A DNA stretch of 33,158 bases from Chloroflexota bacterium. GTDB taxonomy: Bacteria; Chloroflexota; Dehalococcoidia; GIF9; UBA5629. The position numbers were made by a program, and so were the translations under genes. Under the pieces are notes generated by a model, which saw only the letters and a program-made list of their open reading frames with translations, made no database searches and was not told where the DNA came from. Location: assembly GCA_037441105.1 (NCBI GenBank), contig JBBISW010000007.1, forward strand, positions 1 through 33,158, in the 5' to 3' direction. Positions 14,148-23,440 of this stretch are shown here, in pieces (position 1 is the first letter of the stretch; every line of letters starts with the position of its first letter).

Positions 14148-15413
14148 GTGAGAAAATTACTTCGGCTGTTAACAGCAATTTTGACATTAGTTCTTGTCCT
14201 AGCTAGTACTAGTTCGATCAACGCACAAGCTGGCCTCGAGGTGACTGACTTAACAGTTAGCCCAGATTCCATCAAAGTTGGAGACATCATAACCATCACT
14301 GCTACAGTACAAAATAAAGGAGACAAAGAAAGCACTGGCAACGTAACCTTAAAAATAGACGGTAAAGTTATAGGCACCAAGGAAGTAACCTTGGCTGCTG
14401 GAGCTAGTGACACCGTGGAATTCACGGTTACAGCAGATACACCGGGGCTACACATAGCAGACTTAAACGGCACAGCCAGAGATTTCACTGTGGCAGAAAC
14501 ATCATTCTGGGCCATATTCGATACATGGGTATGGATAGCTATTGGTGTCATAATCGGTGTATTACTTCTGCTCATTATCATACTCGTTGCTATGCCACCC
14601 CGTAGGAAGCAACCTGAAGCAGCCCCAGAAGTCAGAAGGGCAGGAAGACCAAGAGCACCAGATGCACAAGCTCCAACACCTATACCAACTCCAGTCTCAG
14701 GTCCAGGCCCGACCATGCCATCAACAGGATTTCCAACCACAATGCCTACACCAACCCCAGGACCATTTCCAACAACCGGGATATATCCAGCTCCTGGTCA
14801 ATTTCCAACACCAGGGCCAACAACCCCATATCCATCATACGCAGGAAGAGCGATTTTCTCTATTAGCAACCTAACCATCACACCAAATCAGGTAAAAGCA
14901 GGGGAACCTATAACCATCAGCGCCATAGTATCCAACAATGGCTCGGAAGCAGGCAGATATAGTGTGGTGTTACGAATCAACGGATTAGTTGAAAACATAA
15001 CCGAGCTAGCCTTGCCCCCAGGGGGAAGCCAGGCGACAACTTTCACCGTAATTAAGGATATCGGTGGAGATTACTACACAGAACTAGATGGCTTGGGTGG
15101 CGCCTTTATTGTTATACCGCTGGTCCCAGCGAATTTCTCCGTGAGCAATTTACTTATAGCACCCGAGCGTGTGAAACAGGGGGAAAATATCACTATCAGC
15201 GCTATAGTAACTAACAATGGCGAAATCAGCGGTGATTATAGTCTGGTACTGAAATTGAAAGGTGTCACCGAAAGCGTTGAAGAGGTTAGCTTGGGGCCGG
15301 GCGAGAGCCGGCGAGTAGCCTTCAACATAATAAAAACCACACCTGGCTTTTACAATGTGGAGCTGGAAGGCCTAACTGGCAGATTCGTCGTTGAGATGGA
15401 GTGGCAAGGATAG
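14148..15413 (+). CDS. Membrane protein with three CARDB-like Ig-fold domains and a Pro/Thr-rich linker
   Basis: AGGAGG precedes a GTG start. The 421-aa protein has a signal-like N-terminus. One CARDB-like repeat follows (LTVSPDSIKVGDIITITATVQNKGD), then a strong TM helix (WVWIAIGVIIGVLLLLIIILVAM), then a basic segment (PPRRK...RRAGRPR). A P/T-rich linker leads to two further repeats (LTITPNQVKAGEPITISAIVSNNG and LLIAPERVKQGENITISAIVTNNG). Confidence 0.8.
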   Translation: MRKLLRLLTAILTLVLVLASTSSINAQAGLEVTDLTVSPDSIKVGDIITITATVQNKGDKESTGNVTLKIDGKVIGTKEVTLAAGASDTVEFTVTADTPGLHIADLNGTARDFTVAETSFWAIFDTWVWIAIGVIIGVLLLLIIILVAMPPRRKQPEAAPEVRRAGRPRAPDAQAPTPIPTPVSGPGPTMPSTGFPTTMPTPTPGPFPTTGIYPAPGQFPTPGPTTPYPSYAGRAIFSISNLTITPNQVKAGEPITISAIVSNNGSEAGRYSVVLRINGLVENITELALPPGGSQATTFTVIKDIGGDYYTELDGLGGAFIVIPLVPANFSVSNLLIAPERVKQGENITISAIVTNNGEISGDYSLVLKLKGVTESVEEVSLGPGESRRVAFNIIKTTPGFYNVELEGLTGRFVVEMEWQG

Positions 15414-15430
15414 ACCACCCAAGTTAAGAG

Positions 15431-15922
15431 CTAAAGCCCTTCCTGGCCTGGCTCAGGCAACAATTTCTGTAACTTATCTGGACTCTCAATACGGTCAATA
15501 TACAGGACGCCGTCGAGATGGTCTATCTCGTGCTCCAAAACCTGAGCCAGAAGCTCCTCGCCCTTAAGACGGATATTCCTGCCCTGCCTGTCCTGTGCTT
15601 TGACCTTAACCCAAATTGAACGCTTGATCTCTCCTTTATACCCGGGAACGCTTAAACAAGCTTCCTCTACTAAACGCTCGCCTTCCCTTTTGATTACCTC
15701 AGGATTGATTAGAACGATGACTTCACCGCCTGGTATCTCCACCACAGCTACTCTGCGCGGCACACCTACCTGAGGTGCAGCCAGACCAACTCCGGAAACC
15801 GCTCGCATAGTCTCTATCATGTCATCAACAAGTCGCTGGATAGAGCTGTCAATGCTGGTTACTTTTTTGGCTTTTTGCCTCAGCACAGGGTCTGTTACAA
15901 CACGAATGGAACGAGCTGCCAT
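15431..15922 (-). CDS. def: Peptide deformylase
   Basis: The three deformylase motifs are present: GVGLAAPQVG, EACLSVPG and HEIDHLDG. Confidence 0.93.
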   Translation of the reverse strand: MAARSIRVVTDPVLRQKAKKVTSIDSSIQRLVDDMIETMRAVSGVGLAAPQVGVPRRVAVVEIPGGEVIVLINPEVIKREGERLVEEACLSVPGYKGEIKRSIWVKVKAQDRQGRNIRLKGEELLAQVLEHEIDHLDGVLYIDRIESPDKLQKLLPEPGQEGL

Positions 15923-15934
15923 TTTAACGACTCA

Positions 15935-18370
15935 TTAAACCATACCTACTGGATCGATGTCCACAATCCAGCCTCTAGGTAAAGTTATGTCGGCTAAGAA
16001 GTCAGCCAGGTCAGCGCCACAGAGGATTATCTGCCACTGATAATGTCCTCGAATTCGAGGAACGAAGGCTGGTGCTGGCCCAATCAATCTAAAGTCGGGG
16101 ATGCCCCTCCTGTCCGCTTCAGTAAAAAGCAAACGCCTAATCCTCTGGGATTCTCTGTGACAAGTGATTTCGTTAGTATGACTAAAAGTGAGACGGGCTA
16201 AACGGCTGAAAGGCGGATAACTAAACTTACGACGATAGTCCATCTCCTGCGTGTAAAAGGCAAGATAATCGTGCTTTGATGCTGTCTGGACGGCATAATG
16301 TTCCGGGTTATAAGTCTGAATAATGACCCTCCCAGTCATGAAGCCACGTCCTGCTCTCCCAGCTACCTGGCATAAGAGTTGAAAGGTACGTTCCCCTGCC
16401 CGGAAGTCAGGCAGATTTAACCCAGTGTCAGCACTTATCACACCAGCTAACGTAACCTGAGGCAAGTCCAATCCCTTGGCCACCATCTGAGTGCCAATCA
16501 GTATGTCAGCCTCATGAGACCGAAACTTATCCAGGAGTTCCTCATGAGCTCGCCGACTGGAAGTAACATCTCTATCCCAGCGGAGAACGCGAGCTTGTGG
16601 GAAAAGCCGTTTGGTTTCTTCCTCCACCCTCTGTGTACCAATACCCATGAATCTAAATCGATGGCTAAGACAAACAGGGCAAACCACAGGTAGAGAGCCA
16701 GAATAACGGCAATGATGACAAATCAATTTCTCTGTTGCCGAGTGATAGGTAAGAGCTGCCGTACAGTGTTGGCAACTGAAAACAAAGCCACAAGCCCGAC
16801 ATTGAACAAAGGTGGCTGTGCCACGCCGATTGAGAAACAAAATCACCTGCTTATAATTAGCCAAGGCTTCAGCCATCGCCCCAGTTAGAGAACGACTGAA
16901 CAGGCCCCGGTTCCCGGCTTTAAGCTCATCCCTTAAATCCACAACCTCAACTTCAGGTAAAGGTGAAGGCCCCCAAGGGGTGATGCGCTCTTTGAGTTCA
17001 ATAAGTTGATACTCCCCCTGTTGCGCCTTGTAAAAAGTCTCCACGTCAGGTGTAGCACTGCCCAAAATAACCATAGCACCACTAAGTTCAGCCAATTTAA
17101 TAGCCACATCCCGAGCATGGTAGCGCGGTGATTTGTCAGACTGCTTGTAAGTCCACTCATGCTCTTCATCAATAACAATCAGACCAAGGTCTGGCTGAGG
17201 TGCAAAAAGGGCACTTCTCGGACCGATGACCACATCACATCCGCCTTCCTTTATCCGATGCCACTCGTCAAACTGCTCACCTAAAGACAGCCCGCTGTGG
17301 AACACAGCCACACGACCTGGGAAACGAGAGGCAAAACGCTCTATTGTCTGTGGAGTTAGCGCGATTTCCGGAACAAGACAAATACCTCGCTTACCCTGAG
17401 CCACACATTCAGCCAAGGCTCGAAGATAAATTTCTGTCTTTCCACTGCCCGTAACACCATAAAGTAGAAACACTAACGGCGACTGGCTTGAGCCTCGCTG
17501 AGACATACGGCTTTGCATTCTCTGCCACGCTACTTCCTGAGATGGAGTGAGATTCGGTGGCGTTGTCGGCACAATCTTGAGACGAGTTAAAGGGTCACGT
17601 CTGACCTCAACCTCCACCACGGAAACTAATCCACGATCCTTCAAGGCCTCGACCACCGCTCGCTGGCAAGCAATAGACTTTCTAAGTTCGGCCAAGGGAA
17701 TCGGCTGAGGTTGCTTAATTAGAAAATCAAGCACCGCTGCTTGTTTATGAGCTCTAGCTTCTTTGAGTCGAATAAGCTCAGCTTCAGCCTCACCTGAGTC
17801 AATCTGTAGCTTCAAATAAGTGGCTAGCTTCGGCTTTACCTTTGTTTCTTCCAACTGCTGATTCTTCACCAATATATGACGTCGCATAAGTTGTTGGATA
17901 ACCAGCTCAGCTTTCTTTTCCCCGAATTTACGCTCCAACTCCTTCATATTGATTTTACCCTTGCTTTCAAGGAGACGCATAACCTGCCTCTGTTCAGGAT
18001 TAAGTTGCGATAGTTCAATGGGACTTGGCTGGAGTTGCAAAAAGGTAATCAATCGCCGCTCAAATCCGGGAGGCAACATCAAGGCCACAGCATCAAAAAG
18101 AGCTGAAAGGTAATACTTGCTCAGCCACAGAGCAACGTCTACCTGGACCGGAGACAGTAAAGAAGAAGGAGCAATAAGGCCACTGATTTCTTTAGTGACC
18201 TCAAATGAAGGAAAATCGCTTAACCTTACGACAATGCCTTGAAGGACTTTAGAACCAAAAGGCACCCAGATGGCTTGACCGACGTCAACCTTTAGTTCAG
18301 GAGGGGTTGAATAACAAAAGCTACGGCGTTGGGCAACGGGTGAATTGACCGCCACTTCTGCATATTTCAT
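15935..18370 (-). CDS. priA: Primosomal replication-restart helicase PriA
   Basis: The 811-aa ORF has Walker A (GVTGSGKTE) and a DEEH box (VIDEEHE). A Cys-rich zinc region is present (CRACGFVFSCQHC...CHHC...CPVC). The start ATG overlaps the rplS stop (ATGA). Confidence 0.92.
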   Translation of the reverse strand: MKYAEVAVNSPVAQRRSFCYSTPPELKVDVGQAIWVPFGSKVLQGIVVRLSDFPSFEVTKEISGLIAPSSLLSPVQVDVALWLSKYYLSALFDAVALMLPPGFERRLITFLQLQPSPIELSQLNPEQRQVMRLLESKGKINMKELERKFGEKKAELVIQQLMRRHILVKNQQLEETKVKPKLATYLKLQIDSGEAEAELIRLKEARAHKQAAVLDFLIKQPQPIPLAELRKSIACQRAVVEALKDRGLVSVVEVEVRRDPLTRLKIVPTTPPNLTPSQEVAWQRMQSRMSQRGSSQSPLVFLLYGVTGSGKTEIYLRALAECVAQGKRGICLVPEIALTPQTIERFASRFPGRVAVFHSGLSLGEQFDEWHRIKEGGCDVVIGPRSALFAPQPDLGLIVIDEEHEWTYKQSDKSPRYHARDVAIKLAELSGAMVILGSATPDVETFYKAQQGEYQLIELKERITPWGPSPLPEVEVVDLRDELKAGNRGLFSRSLTGAMAEALANYKQVILFLNRRGTATFVQCRACGFVFSCQHCTAALTYHSATEKLICHHCRYSGSLPVVCPVCLSHRFRFMGIGTQRVEEETKRLFPQARVLRWDRDVTSSRRAHEELLDKFRSHEADILIGTQMVAKGLDLPQVTLAGVISADTGLNLPDFRAGERTFQLLCQVAGRAGRGFMTGRVIIQTYNPEHYAVQTASKHDYLAFYTQEMDYRRKFSYPPFSRLARLTFSHTNEITCHRESQRIRRLLFTEADRRGIPDFRLIGPAPAFVPRIRGHYQWQIILCGADLADFLADITLPRGWIVDIDPVGMV

Positions 18371-18834
18371 TCCACTTTTTCAGTTTCCGCAACTGCAACT
18401 TCGTCAACCTCAGCCTCTTCAGATACAGCTCCCTCAACTTCACCCTCTCCACCTACAGTTCCCTCGACGGCAAGTTTTTCCACCATCCTCTCCCGCCTTT
18501 CCTTAAGACGTGCCTCTTTAGCACTGAGTCGGCGTATATAGTAGAGCTTTGCACGACGAACCTTGCCGTGTCGCACCACCTCAACCTTCTCCAAAAACGG
18601 AGAGGCAAAATGAAAGGTGTGCTCCACTCCCACCCCATAGGTGACCCGCCTGACTGTAAAATTGCCACCACCACTTCCCCTCCTAACTCTGACCACCAAC
18701 CCAAGCAAGGTCTGAACCCGCTCCCGATTAGCTTCTTTCACCTTAAAGCTAACCCTTACTGTGTCACCGGGGCTGATTTGAGGCATGTTAGGATTTACTT
18801 TAACTTGGCTAATAGAGTTGACACTCATTTTCAA
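18367..18834 (-). CDS. rplS: 50S ribosomal protein L19 with an acidic C-terminal extension
   Basis: The L19 core is present (PGDTVRVSFKVKE...RERVQ...FTVRR...GVGVEHTF...RRAKLYYIR). It is followed by a Glu/Val/Ala-rich tail of about 35 aa. The start is either TTG at 18834 or ATG at 18828. Confidence 0.88.
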   Translation of the reverse strand: MKMSVNSISQVKVNPNMPQISPGDTVRVSFKVKEANRERVQTLLGLVVRVRRGSGGGNFTVRRVTYGVGVEHTFHFASPFLEKVEVVRHGKVRRAKLYYIRRLSAKEARLKERRERMVEKLAVEGTVGGEGEVEGAVSEEAEVDEVAVAETEKVE

Positions 18835-18845
18835 TTAGATCCCTT

Positions 18846-19586
18846 CTACGACTTGATTTCAAAGACTTCACTAAGCAGCCTCTTATCTTCATCGGAAAGC
18901 ACGGCTTTTCCTATAAGGTCTGGACGTCGTTTCGCAGTCCGCAATAAGCTCTGCTGTCGCCGCCACCGAGCAATTTCACCATGATTTCCAGAAAGCAAAA
19001 CTGACGGTACTGACCAGCCACGATACACCTCTGGACGAGTATATTGCGGATACTCTAACAGCCCATAAGCGTGCGAATCTTCAACAAGCGACGTCTCTGA
19101 GCCAAGGGCTCCAGGCAACAATCTAACCACACAATCCACCACCACCATGGCTGCAACTTCACCACCACTTAGCAAATAGTCGCCAATGCTAATCTCATCA
19201 GTAGCTAAATACTCGGCTACCCTTTCATCAATACCTTCATAATGGCCACATATCAAAATGAGATGCTGACAACGAGCTAGCTGCTGCGCGATCTCATGAT
19301 TAAAAAGCCGTCCCTGTGGACTAAGCAAAATAGTAGGTATCAATGATAGTCCGAATTCCTCTCTGACAGCTTCTACAGCTTCAAAGATGGGCTCCGGCTT
19401 GAGCACCATCCCAGCCCCACCACCATAGGGATAATCATCCACAATATGATGTTTGTCATGAGTGTAAGCACGAATATCATGAAGTTGAACATCAACTATG
19501 GCACGCTCTCTGGCTCTCCCGATAATGCTACAACTGAGAAAGCCATCAAACGTCTGAGGAAACAAGGTCAAGATATCAATACGCAT
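18846..19586 (-). CDS. trmD: tRNA (guanine37-N1)-methyltransferase TrmD
   Basis: The 246-aa ORF reads [10 protein letters not shown]...[15 protein letters not shown]...[13 protein letters not shown]...[11 protein letters not shown], which is canonical TrmD. Confidence 0.93.
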   Translation of the reverse strand: MRIDILTLFPQTFDGFLSCSIIGRARERAIVDVQLHDIRAYTHDKHHIVDDYPYGGGAGMVLKPEPIFEAVEAVREEFGLSLIPTILLSPQGRLFNHEIAQQLARCQHLILICGHYEGIDERVAEYLATDEISIGDYLLSGGEVAAMVVVDCVVRLLPGALGSETSLVEDSHAYGLLEYPQYTRPEVYRGWSVPSVLLSGNHGEIARWRRQQSLLRTAKRRPDLIGKAVLSDEDKRLLSEVFEIKS

Positions 19587-20087
19587 TCAACTGGCTCCAC
19601 CATGACCACATTCGACTGCCCTGCCACCAAGAATCTCCAAGGCGTGAGGCAAAACAGGTAGAATAACCTCAAGGCATTCCCTTACCCCCCTGGGGCTGCC
19701 GGGGAGATTGACAATAAGGCACTTGCCGCGGCTGCCTGCGACAGCGCGACTGAGTATTGCCTCAGGTTTTCTCTTCATAGTCTCCAGCCTCATAGCTTCA
19801 GTTAAACCAGGAATAATTTTTTCAACCACTGCAAGTGTTGCCTCCGGTGTGACATCTCTGGAAGACAATCCGGTCCCACCACTGGTCACAATAAGGTCAA
19901 GTCCATCTATATCAGCCCAGGTTTTGAGCTTGGCGGAGATAACCCCCGCCTCATCAGGCACAATTTCGTACTTTGTTACCTCAAGGCCTAGCTGATTGAT
20001 AAATTCCTGGGCGACCTGTCCGCTCTCATCCCGCCGTTCAGCCCGCGAACCTTTGTCACTGATAACGAGTACACCAGCAGCTAACAT
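19587..20087 (-). CDS. MogA/MoaB-family molybdenum cofactor biosynthesis protein
   Basis: The 166-aa ORF has the MoCF_biosynth fold motifs (VLVISDKGS...DLIVTSGGTGLSSRDVTPEA...NLPGSPRG). Its stop directly abuts the trmD start. Confidence 0.85.
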   Translation of the reverse strand: MLAAGVLVISDKGSRAERRDESGQVAQEFINQLGLEVTKYEIVPDEAGVISAKLKTWADIDGLDLIVTSGGTGLSSRDVTPEATLAVVEKIIPGLTEAMRLETMKRKPEAILSRAVAGSRGKCLIVNLPGSPRGVRECLEVILPVLPHALEILGGRAVECGHGGAS

Positions 20088-20301
20088 CTGCCTATTTTAC
20101 CATACTACAACCAAAGCTCAAAACCGCAAAAACCCACAGGACTTTAGTACCAACCAAAGCGAACACTATTACCCGCCGTGAGGCCACAACATATTGACGA
20201 TAGGACAATCAAAAACACTATTTGTTGAAAAAGTAGCGGTATATCATCATGGGTAAACGAAAAATTTTAGCCAAAAGTGTAGAAATTGTGGGGAAAAGGT
20301 A

Positions 20302-20332
20302 TTGACAAAATGGAGGATGTGTGTTCTATAAT
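20302..20332 (+). promoter_or_regulatory. Candidate promoter of the mraZ/division operon
   Basis: Both hexamers are consensus: TTGACA (20302-20307) and TATAAT (20327-20332). The 19-nt spacer is longer than optimal. Confidence 0.4.
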
Positions 20333-20356
20333 GGGAGAAAGTGGGAAAAAGTGGTG
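20332..20356 (+). promoter_or_regulatory. Three phased MraZ-box-like direct repeats (putative MraZ operator)
   Basis: The sequence aTGGGAgaaaGTGGGAaaaaGTGGTGaaag shows an exact 10-bp period, with TGGGA at 20332, TGGGA at 20342 and TGGTG at 20352. It begins directly after the -10 hexamer. In E. coli, MraZ binds three TGGGN repeats spaced 10 bp apart in Pmra. One more GTGGGG lies at 20287. Confidence 0.5.
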
Positions 20357-20371
20357 AAAGGAGGAACAGCC

Positions 20372-20737
20372 ATGGTGATTGATTGTGTTCAGTATCGAAT
20401 AGCAAACAGTAGATTATTTCACTTTCTCAGAGAGAACAGCCGCAGCAACATGGAACTTCAACTAATCCGCTTTTGGGCGCGTCATCCTCGAGCAAAATTG
20501 AGCCTCTACACCATCGCTTGCGCCTTAGATACTGCGAAGAACAATCTGAGAGAGGCAATCAAAGCTTTAATCGACAAAGGCATACTTCAAGAGCAACAGG
20601 ATGGCAATGGCCTTATTACTTACTCACTGAGTAATGACCCAAAAACACAGGAATACATCGAAGAATTAGCCAGGTTAGATTGGACTGAAATAAGAATATT
20701 GGAAAAGCAGCTAGAAGGGGAGGCTGTACTGGCCTAG
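20372..20737 (+). CDS. Small winged-helix-like hypothetical protein, first ORF of the mraZ operon
   Basis: The ATG at 20372 is preceded by aaaggagga. The 121-aa protein has a segment LYTIACALDTAKNNLREAIKALIDKGILQEQQDGNGLITYSL that looks like an HTH followed by a wing. The domain assignment is inference. The track start at 20321 lies inside the promoter and is rejected. Confidence 0.6.
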   Translation: MVIDCVQYRIANSRLFHFLRENSRSNMELQLIRFWARHPRAKLSLYTIACALDTAKNNLREAIKALIDKGILQEQQDGNGLITYSLSNDPKTQEYIEELARLDWTEIRILEKQLEGEAVLA

Positions 20738-20756
20738 ACACTAGCTCGAGGTAGAT

Positions 20757-21185
20757 ATGTTTCTCGGCGAATACGAATATAAAGTTGATGGCAAAGGTAG
20801 ATTACCTCTGCCGCCCAAGTTCAGACCAGAACTGGGGGCAGAGTTAATGCTTACCAAAGGGGCGGAAAAATGCATCGTCGTCTATCCTGCAGCCGAATGG
20901 CACAAATTAGCTGATACCCTAGCACCCCGGGCTGTGCCATCAAGCAAACTAAGGAAATTGAACCGTAGTATCTTTGGTACAGCTTTTAGCCTCTCGCTCG
21001 ATGGCCAGGGAAGAATAGCCTTACCAGCACTACTACGCCATTATGCTGAAATAGGCGATACTGCCATCGTAGTCGGTCTTAACAATTATATCGAAGTATG
21101 GAACCCCAGTCTGTGGAATTCGGAAAAGGCAGCAACTGAAGAACAAGTATGGCAAATTATAGAAAGCCTTGAGGCACAGCCATGA
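20757..21185 (+). CDS. mraZ: Transcriptional regulator MraZ
   Basis: The 142-aa ORF has two SpoVT/AbrB-like halves ([16 protein letters not shown] and [15 protein letters not shown]). Confidence 0.93.
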   Translation: MFLGEYEYKVDGKGRLPLPPKFRPELGAELMLTKGAEKCIVVYPAAEWHKLADTLAPRAVPSSKLRKLNRSIFGTAFSLSLDGQGRIALPALLRHYAEIGDTAIVVGLNNYIEVWNPSLWNSEKAATEEQVWQIIESLEAQP

Positions 21186-22117
21186 GTTTGACTATGACTC
21201 TATCAATTCATACGCCGGTGCTACTTAATGAGACCCTGGAAGCGCTACAAGTTCAACCTGGGAAACGCTATGTTGACTGCACTCTAGGTTCAGGTGGTCA
21301 TGCCAAAGCCATACTGGAAATGATTCAGCCTGACGGGCAACTTCTAGGCGTTGACGCTGACCCTGAAGCCATTGAGATAGCCAGGACCAGACTAGCAAAC
21401 TACGCTGAATCAGCCATTATAATCAATGACAACTTCGTCAATCTCGAGAATATCTGCAGAGAAAACAATTTCCTTCCTGTACACGGGATTCTTTTCGACC
21501 TTGGCATCTCATCGATGCAGCTCGACATCTCCGAACGCGGCTTCAGCTTCCAGCGCGAAGGCCCGCTTGATATGCGTTTCAATCCAAACCAAGAATTAAC
21601 CGCAGCCAATATCGTCAATACCTTCCCTGAAGACAAACTGGGCCAACTCATTAGGACTTATGGTGAAGAGCATTATAGCCAGCGGGTAGCCCGGCATATT
21701 GCAAAAAATCGCCCCATTAGCAACACCCTACAACTAGCCCACATAATAGAAAAAGCGATCGGCAGTCGCCGAGGCAGAATTCACCCGGCCACTAGAACTT
21801 TTCTGGCACTGCGCATCATCGTCAATCGTGAATTGGAAAACCTGGCCACAGCCCTGAAGCAATCCATCAAATGTCTCGACCCCGGAGGCAGGCTGGTAGT
21901 TATCAGCTACCACTCATTAGAAGACCGGATAGTCAAGCAGTTTATGATGCGTGAAACCAAGGGATGTCTCTGTCCGCCAAGTGCTCCAGTTTGCCAGTGT
22001 GGCCATACGCCGAAATTGAAAATAATATCAAGGAAGGTTGTCACACCATCCCTGAACGAAACTAGATCTAATCCTCGCAGTCGTAGCGCTAAGCTCAGAG
22101 TAGCTGAACGCCCTTGA
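21182..22117 (+). CDS. rsmH: 16S rRNA (cytosine1402-N4)-methyltransferase RsmH
   Basis: Diagnostic segments are [34 protein letters not shown] and [13 protein letters not shown]. The start overlaps the mraZ stop (ATGA). Confidence 0.93.
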   Translation: MSLTMTLSIHTPVLLNETLEALQVQPGKRYVDCTLGSGGHAKAILEMIQPDGQLLGVDADPEAIEIARTRLANYAESAIIINDNFVNLENICRENNFLPVHGILFDLGISSMQLDISERGFSFQREGPLDMRFNPNQELTAANIVNTFPEDKLGQLIRTYGEEHYSQRVARHIAKNRPISNTLQLAHIIEKAIGSRRGRIHPATRTFLALRIIVNRELENLATALKQSIKCLDPGGRLVVISYHSLEDRIVKQFMMRETKGCLCPPSAPVCQCGHTPKLKIISRKVVTPSLNETRSNPRSRSAKLRVAERP

Positions 22118-22177
22118 TAAGAAAAACCCACTCATGAGAGGTAAATCTAAAAATAAAATCAAAGGAGGGAAACAACG

Positions 22178-23398
22178 ATGAAGAAGATTATTTCAGCTAT
22201 TGATGTTGGCACGACCAAGATATGCACTATTATTGGCACACTGGATTCAGGAGGCAACATCCAGGTCTTAGGTGTCGGTCTCGTGCCATCACATGGCATG
22301 CACAAAGGTATGGTAGTCAACGTGGAAGAAGCTAGAGAATCAGTTGCCGAATCGGTGAGGCGAGCCGAGCAAGCAAGCGGCCTAAAAGTGGAGTCTGCTT
22401 ATATAGGCGTCACTGGCAGACATATAAGCTCGCTCAACAGCCATGGCGTGGTAGCCATACCACGCAATGACCGCTTGGTCCGATCTGATGACCTAAAGCG
22501 AGTCCTAGATTCCGCCCGGCAGGTTAATCTCCCCGATGACAGGAAGATACTCCATGCCATACCCCGCGGTTATACCTTAGACAATCAAGAAAGAATTAAG
22601 AATCCAGTAGGTATGCATGGCTTCAGGCTAGATGTGGAAACCCATATCATCACTGCTGCTATCTCATCGGTCCAAAATTTGGTCAAATCCATCCGGAGTG
22701 TTGGAGTCGAAATCCAGGACCTAATTCTGGAACCGCTGGCTAGCGGCGAAGCGGTATTGACGCCAGAGGAGAGAGAGGTAGGAGTCATACTGGCTGATAT
22801 CGGTGGCGGTACCACTGATATAGCCGTATTCAAAGACAGTAGTATCTACCATACCTCAATCATCCCGGTAGCCGGATATCAGGTCACCAGCGATCTCTCA
22901 ATCGGTCTGGGCTTACCCTTTGAAATCGCCGAGGCTATGAAAAAGAAGTACGGGAACGTTTATCCCGAGGTACTCACCAAAAGCCAGGAATCCACTTTGA
23001 GCGTTGAAGATGGGCACAGCGTTTCCTATCGTGATTTATGCAATATCATCAAAGTCCGCATGGAAGAATTGCTGAGGCTCATTCTCCTCGAAATGCCTGA
23101 TTCCAACTACGCCTCATTGGCGCCAGCCGGCCTTGTGCTCACCGGAGGCTGTTCCAACCTAGCTGGCCTTGAGGCCTTATCCCGGCAGACAATTCGCGTC
23201 CAGACACGGATCGGTGAGCCTATGGGTGTATATGGCATTACCGACATTCTCCACGACCCAGCTCACTCCACCGGAGTTGGGCTTCTCCTCTGGGGAACTA
23301 GGAATCACGGTAGACCGGCTTGGGAAGCTAAGAGGAAAAACGGCAACGGTATCTTCGATGGTTTCATGACCGTACTGAAGAAATTCTTCGGTGTCTAA
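22178..23398 (+). CDS. ftsA: Cell division protein FtsA
   Basis: The 406-aa actin-fold ATPase has AIDVGTTKICTIIG, ADIGGGTTDIAVF and LTGGCSNLAGL. AAGGAGGG lies upstream of the start. Confidence 0.92.
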   Translation: MKKIISAIDVGTTKICTIIGTLDSGGNIQVLGVGLVPSHGMHKGMVVNVEEARESVAESVRRAEQASGLKVESAYIGVTGRHISSLNSHGVVAIPRNDRLVRSDDLKRVLDSARQVNLPDDRKILHAIPRGYTLDNQERIKNPVGMHGFRLDVETHIITAAISSVQNLVKSIRSVGVEIQDLILEPLASGEAVLTPEEREVGVILADIGGGTTDIAVFKDSSIYHTSIIPVAGYQVTSDLSIGLGLPFEIAEAMKKKYGNVYPEVLTKSQESTLSVEDGHSVSYRDLCNIIKVRMEELLRLILLEMPDSNYASLAPAGLVLTGGCSNLAGLEALSRQTIRVQTRIGEPMGVYGITDILHDPAHSTGVGLLLWGTRNHGRPAWEAKRKNGNGIFDGFMTVLKKFFGV

Positions 23399-23440
23399 AG
23401 CGTTTGAAAAATAAAGAACAGAAAGAAGGAGGTAATAAAA

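Noticed and set aside
22134-22181. A 15-codon basic upstream ORF (MRGKSKNKIKGGKQR) whose stop overlaps the ftsA start (ATGA), considered as a possible FtsL-like remnant or leader peptide.
   Set aside because: No SD sequence precedes its ATG, it has no hydrophobic segment, and it is too short to tell apart from chance.
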